Positions 8,590 to 16,102 of a DNA stretch of 20,000 nucleotides are shown here, one piece after another. The DNA comes from an uncultured virus (IMG/VR IMGVR_UViG_3300031994_000073) (taxonomy: Duplodnaviria; Heunggongvirae; Uroviricota; Caudoviricetes). The position numbers and the translations under genes are program-made. Under the pieces are notes generated by a model, which was not told the DNA's origin, did no database searches, and saw only the letters and a list, made by a program, of their open reading frames with translations. Each line of letters opens with the position of its first letter. Positions within the stretch are counted from its first letter, which is position 1. The stretch lies in the IMG/VR virus record IMGVR_UViG_3300031994_000073; one strand, written 5' to 3'.

Positions 8590-10059
8590 TTACTTATACT
8601 TTTCGCGAAGCATGTTCAAGAACTTGTTAGCGACATCTGCAATTTCTGCATCAAAACTAGCATTAAGTTTCTGCTGTTGAATATATCCAGGTAGCTGACA
8701 AAGAGCATCTAATGGATTTGTTTCATTTATCAGTTTCTTTTTAAGTTCTTTGTCTTTTATGGCTTTATCAACCAATGCTTTTGCTGATTTTATCCATCTA
8801 TCGTACTCTGTCTTGAATTCATTATCGTCTTTAATCAAAACAAGTTCTTTAATTTTATTTATAAGTGCAGCAATTTCCGATTTGACTGACGGCTGCTGTT
8901 GCTGCGTAGCTTGCGATGGTTGTTCATCTTCAAGCATGTCAATCATATCTTCAGCAAGTATCATCTCAAAATAGGTTTCAGACTTAGACTTACCCGTGAA
9001 TGATTCTACATGTAATGCTTTAACTGCATTTCTATATTGTGGAATTGTTGCTTTTACATTTTCTTTTTTGCCACTTGTAGCTATAAATTTTTTGATTTTA
9101 CCAGCTAATGTCTTCAAACTACCTGGGTTTGGATTGTCTGCTAATGCACTAATATCATCTTTGATTTCATTAGCCATTTTCTGATGTTCAGGATTTGCTT
9201 TCTGCTGTGGTTTCTGTGCTTCTTCACCCTCAGGATTGTTTGCCTGTCCTTCAGGTTCTTTCTTCGGTTCTTCCGCAGGTATTTCTTTCTTCGGTTCTTC
9301 AGGCTTTGTTTCATCAGGCTTTTCTTTGCCTTGCTCCTGATTCTTTGCTTTTGCAGTTGCAGCGGCCTTCTTTGCAGCAGCCCAAAGTTTAGAACCACCA
9401 CCAATTACTGAAAACAGCATCTTTGAATAGATGTCTTTATTTGACTTGTCTAAACCAAGAATATAGCCAATCTGTGAACCAGCAGCATTTACAGCCTTTC
9501 CAACGCCATTAAGAATCTTTGATGCTTTAGATGCGTCAACTTTTTCTTTGGTGTAAGGATCTGTAATAGGCTTGCCCTGCATAAGTTCAGTACGTGCTGC
9601 ATCAATGCCAGATTCAAATTCAGCAAACATTTCACGCTTAAATTTTTGATAGTAAGCCTTTCCGCTACTGTCTTTCATTACAGCTGGGTTTTTAAGAACT
9701 GCTTCATCAGTGATTTCTTCACCTTTCTGAGTGACTACTTTTTTCTCTGCTTCCTTATAAACGTTCAATACCTTCTTTGCTGCAAGATAACTGAAAATAG
9801 CATCAACAGATTTGCCTTTCCAAGCTTCTTCAGGCAAATTTACACAAGCAATTTCATAAACGTCTTCCATGTTAGGAATTTTCGTATTTGCAGCAAGTTC
9901 CTTTGCGGAATTTCCCTTTCCAACGAAATTTCCTAAATTGAATGTAGCACGAATGGCAGCGCAAGTACCAAGATTCTTGGCAAAATCATTGGCGACAAAT
10001 GCATTCTTCTTTCTGCCAGTTACTGTCTTTGTTTTCTGTTGTTTCTGTGGTTCAGCCAT
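8590..10059 (-). CDS. Hypothetical Lys/Ala/Glu-rich protein (possible internal virion protein)
   Basis: 489-aa ORF, SD GAGGT, PEEPKKE linker repeats, LAE/VES-type motifs. Confidence 0.7.
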   Translation of the reverse strand: MAEPQKQQKTKTVTGRKKNAFVANDFAKNLGTCAAIRATFNLGNFVGKGNSAKELAANTKIPNMEDVYEIACVNLPEEAWKGKSVDAIFSYLAAKKVLNVYKEAEKKVVTQKGEEITDEAVLKNPAVMKDSSGKAYYQKFKREMFAEFESGIDAARTELMQGKPITDPYTKEKVDASKASKILNGVGKAVNAAGSQIGYILGLDKSNKDIYSKMLFSVIGGGSKLWAAAKKAAATAKAKNQEQGKEKPDETKPEEPKKEIPAEEPKKEPEGQANNPEGEEAQKPQQKANPEHQKMANEIKDDISALADNPNPGSLKTLAGKIKKFIATSGKKENVKATIPQYRNAVKALHVESFTGKSKSETYFEMILAEDMIDMLEDEQPSQATQQQQPSVKSEIAALINKIKELVLIKDDNEFKTEYDRWIKSAKALVDKAIKDKELKKKLINETNPLDALCQLPGYIQQQKLNASFDAEIADVANKFLNMLREKYK

Positions 10060-10067
10060 TTAAACCT

Positions 10068-10475
10068 CTATTCTTCGCTAATGTTCTTGACATTAAATTT
10101 CTTAATAAGCTGCCATTTATGTTTTTCAGCATGTGGCAAAACGAATATGCGAGTAGCATGTTCAGAAATTTCTTCGGGATTGACTACTTCAATCATATTC
10201 CATTTGATAAGACAGTAAGCAATGGAATTTCTACGCTCAATGTCTTCTAGCGAAACGTTGCCAAAACCTGGGTAGCCGTCTTTACCACGGCTAAGTACAA
10301 ACAGCTGCTTGAAGTGAGCAATATAGTATGAACCAAACTGCTTCAAAAGATGACAAGACTGATATAAGACTTTGTTCTTGATGTCGGGAATACCCATTCG
10401 TGTCAAAGTCTCTTCAATGATCCAAGCATCTACTTTCAATCTTACTTCAAGTAACTTATTTGTAATCTGCGCCAT
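10068..10475 (-). CDS. regA: Translational repressor RegA
   Basis: ETLTRMGI...LYQSCHLL...YYIAHFKQLF...DIERRNSIA..L..W...EKHKWQL..K is the T4 RegA signature. Confidence 0.93.
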   Translation of the reverse strand: MAQITNKLLEVRLKVDAWIIEETLTRMGIPDIKNKVLYQSCHLLKQFGSYYIAHFKQLFVLSRGKDGYPGFGNVSLEDIERRNSIAYCLIKWNMIEVVNPEEISEHATRIFVLPHAEKHKWQLIKKFNVKNISEE

Positions 10476-10482
10476 TTTCTAC

Positions 10483-10923
10483 CTACATTGTCAACTGTTC
10501 TGGCTTCCAGTTAAAGTCCTTTGCCTCATTATCAAAAATTGTCTGGGCAGTTTCTTCAGGGTCAAGTTCATCTTCACCCATATCGTCCAAAAATTCGTTC
10601 ATCAAGATATCACGAAGCGTCTTGTATCGTACAAGCTCAGATTCGCCAAGTTTGCTGAATCCGTAGTGTGGATATCCGTTGTCATTATAGACTTTCTGAA
10701 GTGCATCTTTCAATTTCGTTATGTTCAAGAAACGATTATTGAAGAAAAGCATCTTTTCGCCGTCAATGATCTTAGCAGTCCATTTCTTTGGATCTGCATT
10801 GAACATTTCACGACTTGGACCCGAATCATCGCTAACCGCAGGCGTGTCGTTGATGTCCTCACGGTTATACGCCTTATTCATCACCATCGCTACGTAATCG
10901 CTAAATGTAAATTTTGAGTCCAT
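10483..10923 (-). CDS. Hypothetical protein
   Basis: 146-aa ORF, SD AAGGT, AATAAATA at 10938-10945 upstream. Confidence 0.7.
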   Translation of the reverse strand: MDSKFTFSDYVAMVMNKAYNREDINDTPAVSDDSGPSREMFNADPKKWTAKIIDGEKMLFFNNRFLNITKLKDALQKVYNDNGYPHYGFSKLGESELVRYKTLRDILMNEFLDDMGEDELDPEETAQTIFDNEAKDFNWKPEQLTM

Positions 10924-10949
10924 GTTTACCTTCAGTATATTTATTTGCT

Positions 10950-11366
10950 TTATTTGCTAATAACACGTGAGAAAGTATGTGAATAAGTAGTGCCGTTGTC
11001 TACATAAAGATACGGAATGCTAAGCGCTACTTCATGATTGTCGGAGTCAACGACTACATTGGCCTTGCTGCGTTCAATGATGACGCCTGTCCAACGCTCA
11101 ATCATGTCAAAAGTTTCACTTACTATGCTATCTACGTTATTTGCTGTACTGAAAAGAAGCTTATAGAATGGAGACCAAAAATCAATGTTGAAAAGGCGTT
11201 CCCAAGGTTCAGTTACGATTACTGCTTCAATGGCTTGGTCAATCGCATCAGTACCATGAATAACGACCTGTTGTGAAAGATCGTCTCCATTAAGGTCAAG
11301 ATAGTTACTTGGCTTATAGAGTTCGCCTTGATTCTTAAAATCTGGATTCTGGTCTAATCTAAACAT
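10950..11366 (-). CDS. gp25: Baseplate wedge subunit (T4 gp25-like)
   Basis: Real start is likely ATG 11366 (SD AAGGA). YLDLN...DAIDQAIEAVIVTEPWERLFNIDF.S....LLF is the gp25/GPW motif. Confidence 0.8.
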   Translation of the reverse strand: MFRLDQNPDFKNQGELYKPSNYLDLNGDDLSQQVVIHGTDAIDQAIEAVIVTEPWERLFNIDFWSPFYKLLFSTANNVDSIVSETFDMIERWTGVIIERSKANVVVDSDNHEVALSIPYLYVDNGTTYSHTFSRVISK

Positions 11367-11368
11367 CT

Positions 11369-11770
11369 TTATTCCTTCTTTAGCCAATGCGCTGGAACGT
11401 TTGGAATGACATATCCAGCAATTTCTCCACGAGGACCGTTTCCTCTCAATTCTCCAATGCTGAATAGTTGAACGCCATCGCAAATTCCATCATCTCTTAC
11501 TATCTTTGCTAAGTAAGTTGTCTTATCAAACATTTTCGTCGAGACATCATCGCCGACAGCAAGAGGTTCTGCAGCAGGCTTTTCTTCAATATTGTTTTTC
11601 GTTCCGGCATCAAGCGACTCAGGAAATGCGCCGCCGTTTTCAGCTACTGATTTTGCCTTGATTACTGCTTGAGTCAAATAGCCTTGAATCCAGGGCGGAG
11701 TTCTCTTGTTTGTCGCTATCTGTCTGCAAGCCTCAAATAGAATGTCTCTTTGTTCTTTTTCTATACTCAT
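11369..11770 (-). CDS. Hypothetical protein
   Basis: 133-aa ORF with SD AAGGTG, tightly packed in the operon. Confidence 0.7.
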   Translation of the reverse strand: MSIEKEQRDILFEACRQIATNKRTPPWIQGYLTQAVIKAKSVAENGGAFPESLDAGTKNNIEEKPAAEPLAVGDDVSTKMFDKTTYLAKIVRDDGICDGVQLFSIGELRGNGPRGEIAGYVIPNVPAHWLKKE

Positions 11771-11779
11771 AAATTCACC

Positions 11780-13195
11780 TTACCATTCTGTCACTAATTC
11801 ACCTTCGCTGAACATATCAGCGGTTTTCGTATGAACACTTGTTATGTACTCCTGCATCTTCTTATCGTTTTCTACGCTAGCCATGATTGCTGCACGTAGT
11901 CCGGAAATAAGTTCACCGTTCCAAAGGATTGGTTCAGGAGCATCTGGGTTTTCATCTGCTGCGATGTTGTACTCGATGTCGCAGTTTACAACTTCAAACA
12001 GATTGTAATCATACCCATCCATATTTAAACCAGTTTCTGGATTTATCGTTTCATCAATCTTATTGACTTGCATTCGGATTTCGCCAGTATGGTCATTGAT
12101 AGTCATTCCAGAAATCAAGTACTCAGTCGAGACACTTTCATAGCTTTCGCCAAGATCTTTTTCGTGCTTTGTGACAAATGCGTTCAAAAATGCATCTGCT
12201 TTAACTTTCAAGTACTTCGTCATTCTGTTATTTCGCCAGTCGCCATTCTTAATGTCAGACCAGCTCATTCCACCTGGGAAGATATTCGTTGAAAGATTGA
12301 ACGCCTTGTTAGCAGCGACTACTTCTGACGGGTTTACAAGCGAGTCAATGATACCAAGCAGTTCTTGCTTTGCTTCGCCTATCTTATTAAGACGAGAGTC
12401 AAATACATTGTTGTACTTGTTCAAGTCATCGCTATTAAGCATGTAGCCGCCAAGGCCGTTTTCTTGAATATGCAACTTACCAAGAACATCTGCATAGTAG
12501 TTCGCTGCTGTTGCGATGTTAGCGCAAGTATCAGAATTTGAAAGCACGCAGCTAAAGAACTTTCTGAGCTTTAGAAGCAAGTCAAATATTCCCAAGTCCA
12601 TCAAGCGGTCAATGTATGACTGCAAAAGGCGTTTCATGCCTTTCTTCTTGCTTTCAAGAATCTTGATAAATCCTGAAATCGTCTCGACGTATGTCATCAA
12701 GATTTTCTTCAATGCAGAAAGACCAAAATTGAAAGTAAATCCGAAGTTACAGATAGTTGACTGGAACTGTTCGTAATCTTGAATGACGCTGTTAAGAAAA
12801 TCAATCTTTGTCTCATCGAGTACGCCAAGCTTTCTTAACACTGAACAAGTCAATGAATTTCGGTCAGTAAGCTCTTCAACGAAGATATTGCATTTAAAGA
12901 GATTCTGACAGAACTTGCTTTTCTTCTTGCCTGTCTGTGGGTCTGTCTTATACCCGTCCCAGATGAGGTCTACTAATTTTTTCTGTATGACTCGGACGCC
13001 GTCCAGTATGATGTTCATCGCTGGATCTATCGTAAACTCAAGCAATGAAATGACAGCGTCAAAGAACGCAGTGATAGTACGCAATACGCCTTGAGCCGCA
13101 GAGACTGCTACTTCAAGAGCTGCTTCTACTGTTAAGAATGATGCGTAAATGTATTCACATAAAATATCTGCTGCGTTCATTATAGTTCTTCCCAA
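11780..13195 (-). CDS. Hypothetical helical protein in the baseplate/tail cluster
   Basis: 471-aa ORF (ATG at 13180 overlapping the upstream stop is an alternative start); amphipathic/hydrophobic helices and several Cys. Confidence 0.65.
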   Translation of the reverse strand: MGRTIMNAADILCEYIYASFLTVEAALEVAVSAAQGVLRTITAFFDAVISLLEFTIDPAMNIILDGVRVIQKKLVDLIWDGYKTDPQTGKKKSKFCQNLFKCNIFVEELTDRNSLTCSVLRKLGVLDETKIDFLNSVIQDYEQFQSTICNFGFTFNFGLSALKKILMTYVETISGFIKILESKKKGMKRLLQSYIDRLMDLGIFDLLLKLRKFFSCVLSNSDTCANIATAANYYADVLGKLHIQENGLGGYMLNSDDLNKYNNVFDSRLNKIGEAKQELLGIIDSLVNPSEVVAANKAFNLSTNIFPGGMSWSDIKNGDWRNNRMTKYLKVKADAFLNAFVTKHEKDLGESYESVSTEYLISGMTINDHTGEIRMQVNKIDETINPETGLNMDGYDYNLFEVVNCDIEYNIAADENPDAPEPILWNGELISGLRAAIMASVENDKKMQEYITSVHTKTADMFSEGELVTEW

Positions 13196-13749
13196 GCGTC
13201 ATAATGTATTTTCAGTTCCCACTTCAGTCCAGCTTCTCCTTCATAAGCCATTTCGCCAATAAAGTTGAACGCCTTTACTTGTGGATTTAAGTATCTAAAC
13301 TTTCTAAACACGCTACCATCTGAATTGTAGACTGTGACTTGAAGTTCATCAAGCACCTGAATGAATTCGGCATGAATCCAGTCATCTTCAATTCGTCCAC
13401 CTCCACGAGGAACTATCGTATCAAGGAAGTTCACGTTGCTCCCACGGTAAGAATATGTCTTTTCATTCTCACGGCACCAGAACTGAAGAACAGTCTCGCC
13501 CTTTGTCTGTCGGCAGACATTCACTGTCTTTCCAGTTCCAAGGAAGTTTACTTCTTTCTGCGTGTTTTCATATTGCGGAAGATCTGCTTTAATGCAAGTA
13601 AATGAGTCCATGTTGCTGACATCATTTGGAATGCCGTAAACAGTCTTAAATTCTTCAGCGAAAAAGAACTGGACATCAAAGAGCCAAGTCGGAACAGGAT
13701 TTGCGTGTCCTCTTCTCATGTAATTCTGTACTTTCTGTATTCCGCTCAT
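13180..13749 (-). CDS. Tail-tube-fold protein (gp19/gp54/gp48-like paralog)
   Basis: TWLFDVQF...CIKADLP...EVNFLG...G...QF...VTVYNSDG...MAYE....WELKIHYDAW follows the tube-fold pattern. Confidence 0.65.
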   Translation of the reverse strand: MSGIQKVQNYMRRGHANPVPTWLFDVQFFFAEEFKTVYGIPNDVSNMDSFTCIKADLPQYENTQKEVNFLGTGKTVNVCRQTKGETVLQFWCRENEKTYSYRGSNVNFLDTIVPRGGGRIEDDWIHAEFIQVLDELQVTVYNSDGSVFRKFRYLNPQVKAFNFIGEMAYEGEAGLKWELKIHYDAWEEL

Positions 13750-13752
13750 TTA

Positions 13753-14385
13753 CTAGACCCTCTTTCTTGCACGGTGGTCGTACATCCAGTCGTATGAAAT
13801 TCTTGCTGTTCGTGTGACGATGCCTTCCTTGTCATCATAGTCCATCTCTTCTTCATTGATGATAGTCAAGATGCAGTTGTGGAAGGTATACTGTCCAGCG
13901 ACTTGATACTGTGGCTCTGAAATTTCCGAAGACATCTGTGGACGAGGCTTAAGAATAGTCAAAGTGATAGATCTATCTGTCTTATTGAAACCACTCTTGA
14001 CATTACCGATGTAAGCGCCTTTTCCTTCAAAGTACTCATCGTTGCTGCACTCGCCATTGAAGATTTCATCAAGGCACTTGCTAACTCGCATTTCTTGGTC
14101 TTCATTGAACATAAGGTCAAGCTCGCCACAGTTCTGGACACGACCAGGATTATTTGACTCAATGCCAGCATAGTATGACTTGACGATTGAGATCTCGCGC
14201 TTGCCAAACTTGTGCTTAATGATAGCTTGGCTAAGAAGATCAGCGTAAGAGTCAATCATTTCATGCTGAATAGCCGGATCATTGTGAAGAATGAATCCGT
14301 TAAAATCAACTACATAAGCCCACTTCGGAATAGGCTTGAAGTTTTTATAAAAAGGATTGTTCCAAACGCTTTTAATTCCAACCAT
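13753..14385 (-). CDS. Tail-tube-fold protein (gp19/gp54/gp48-like paralog)
   Basis: KWAYVVDF...YYAG....PGR....GELDLMFNED...YTFHNC......EMDY.........ISYDW follows the tube-fold pattern; SD GAGGT; AATAAATA at 14405-14412. Confidence 0.65.
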   Translation of the reverse strand: MVGIKSVWNNPFYKNFKPIPKWAYVVDFNGFILHNDPAIQHEMIDSYADLLSQAIIKHKFGKREISIVKSYYAGIESNNPGRVQNCGELDLMFNEDQEMRVSKCLDEIFNGECSNDEYFEGKGAYIGNVKSGFNKTDRSITLTILKPRPQMSSEISEPQYQVAGQYTFHNCILTIINEEEMDYDDKEGIVTRTARISYDWMYDHRARKRV

Positions 14386-14464
14386 CTTCTAAATACCTCT
14401 ATGATATTTATTCAAGCTGGTTGTCCTTTTTAAAAGTTCTATCCTTTTTTTCTGAAACTGGAAA

Positions 14465-14810
14465 CTGAAGACAGTAAGCCTATTCAGGAACTTACTGTCA
14501 TCATGCTTTTTTTCTTATAACTGTGTAACTGCATGACTTAAGTAGACTTACCATCAAGGCTTACGGAGCGGTCAACCTGTATTCCGACTACATCCTTGAG
14601 TGCTATTGGCGGCTGTATGAGAGATTTGTGATTCCTCTCTTCGCTTGTAGAAATTCATTAATGGTGACAAGCATACATCAGATAAACTGGAAACTTTCTA
14701 CCCATTCATTTTACGGAAGTTGCCTACATCACAACTCCAATGGCGTCCCTCTACCGATACTCGCATTGGGTTGCTGTTCGTTCCGAGGAAACGGCTTTTA
14801 TTGAACGGGT
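14465..14810 (-). ncRNA. Candidate structured non-coding RNA (~340 nt), family not recognised
   Basis: ORF-free, with many nested complementary segments, a promoter-like TATATT at 14819-14814 just upstream and a strong distal hairpin (14470-14499). Confidence 0.5.
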
Positions 14811-14813
14811 AAA

Positions 14814-14842
14814 AATATAATAATGTTTTCTGAAAAAAGAAA
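14814..14842 (-). promoter_or_regulatory. Putative promoter TTTCTT-N17-TATATT driving the candidate ncRNA
   Basis: Same motif and terminator-adjacent layout as the element upstream of 8167..8496. Confidence 0.4.
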
Positions 14843-14867
14843 AACCGCAGATTTTGTCCGCGGTTTT
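14833..14867 (-). terminator. Rho-independent terminator after the 158-aa gene
   Basis: aaaaccgc (14841-14848) / gcggtttt (14860-14867) stem with TCTTTTTT on minus. Confidence 0.7.
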
Positions 14868-14887
14868 ATAAGAATGATTTTTCTTTA

Positions 14888-15364
14888 TTACTGATCTTCT
14901 TCGAAGTTTAGATCATCTGATTCCAAACCGTCTTCAAGTCCGTCTTCGGGAGGAACTTCCTCTCCGGCAGGTGGGACTTCTTCCTCGCCTGCAAGACTTT
15001 CAGCGGATGGGTCAATGACATTCAACTTGCAACCACAGCACGGGCAAACGCCAGTAGATGGGTCAAAGTCAAATTCTGCGTCTTCAACTGCAACGCATCC
15101 TTCGCCTCCGCAAGTTTCACAGTCAACTTCGTTGCCATCTTCATCGGTGACCTTTCCAGTTCCGCCACAGTCAGGACAGTCAACGCAAGTTTCTGTTTCT
15201 TCACCTTCGGGTTCTTCGAGGTTTAGATCATCAAGCTCAAATTCGTCTGCCACGCCTGGGACGCCTGGATTGTCATCAACAGAAGCTGGTGTTTCTTCAT
15301 CGTAGTCTTCCTTAAGAAAACGTACTGCATTTCTGATGTATTCATCGCTAACACGGCATTCCAT
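14888..15364 (-). CDS. Acidic protein with DnaJ-type CxxCxGxG zinc-finger repeats
   Basis: CPDCGGTG and CETCGGEG plus CPCCGC; SD AAGGAG; AATAAATA at 15386-15393. Confidence 0.75.
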   Translation of the reverse strand: MECRVSDEYIRNAVRFLKEDYDEETPASVDDNPGVPGVADEFELDDLNLEEPEGEETETCVDCPDCGGTGKVTDEDGNEVDCETCGGEGCVAVEDAEFDFDPSTGVCPCCGCKLNVIDPSAESLAGEEEVPPAGEEVPPEDGLEDGLESDDLNFEEDQ

Positions 15365-15388
15365 ATTATTTCTCCTTTGTTAAAATAT

Positions 15389-15778
15389 TTATTTACTGTA
15401 AAGTTTCAATGCGCCATAGATTTCGTTTTGGATATTCTGAATGTTGATGTCAATACCCTGAGATTTCAAATCGTTTTGTAAGGCCACAGACGCCCTTTTG
15501 ACCGCATTTTTTAAATTGTCAGATAGATAATCAAATCGCTCCAAATATTCACGAGAAGGCTGGTTAGAACCATCCAAATCGGGCACGTTTTCGTCAATCT
15601 CTCGTGCGTAAATCTCAGTCGCTACTTGATAGACTCTGTCCATAAGATATTTTGCCATTTCATTTTCATTAAGAACTTCACAGCCGTTCTTTTTCAAGAA
15701 ATCAACGGTTTCACTTAAAGGACGCTCTACGATAGCGCCTTCTTTTATGAGTAAATCAACTGCCTTCTTTACGTCCAT
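15389..15778 (-). CDS. Hypothetical protein with duplicated N-terminal leader (possible internal head protein)
   Basis: 129 aa; VKKAVDLLIKEGAIVE / LSETVDFLKKNGCEVLNE tandem motif; TAATG-coupled. Confidence 0.65.
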   Translation of the reverse strand: MDVKKAVDLLIKEGAIVERPLSETVDFLKKNGCEVLNENEMAKYLMDRVYQVATEIYAREIDENVPDLDGSNQPSREYLERFDYLSDNLKNAVKRASVALQNDLKSQGIDINIQNIQNEIYGALKLYSK

Positions 15779-16095
15779 TATTCTTTTACTCCATAATTCT
15801 TAAATGCTTCACGCACAAGATTGATGTTTGGATATTTGATAAGCATGTCTTCACGAATATCATTCCAAACATCACTAATGCCGTTGTACCACATAAGAAA
15901 GTGCCAGTAGTTGGTAGTCCCGTAAATGATCTTTGAAATTCTATCTGGTCTCCCGACGTCCATCCAAGAACATCTGTACCAACGATCTTCGCCGAAATCA
16001 AAATCGCCGAAGTTCATAGACCCAAGATCCTTCTGGACTATACCATCAACCGTTTCAGTCTTAAGCAAACTTGTTCTATATGTGATATTTTCCAT
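15778..16095 (-). CDS. Baseplate wedge gp53-like / LysM-like small protein
   Basis: GRPDRISKIIYG....W..LM.YN.I.D......D..IKYP motif. Confidence 0.7.
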   Translation of the reverse strand: MENITYRTSLLKTETVDGIVQKDLGSMNFGDFDFGEDRWYRCSWMDVGRPDRISKIIYGTTNYWHFLMWYNGISDVWNDIREDMLIKYPNINLVREAFKNYGVKE

Positions 16096-16102
16096 GTTTT
16101 AT

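Noticed and set aside
11367..11483. N-terminal extension of the 177-aa gp25 ORF in the track
   Set aside because: It overlaps the 133-aa gene in another frame; ATG 11366 has a good SD and gives a gp25-sized protein.
14465..14810. tRNA, tmRNA, RNase P, CRISPR array or group I intron as the identity of the non-coding segment
   Set aside because: No cloverleaf/TTC-CCA ends, no GAGGAAAGTCC, no regularly spaced repeats, and the flanking genes are complete rather than interrupted exons.
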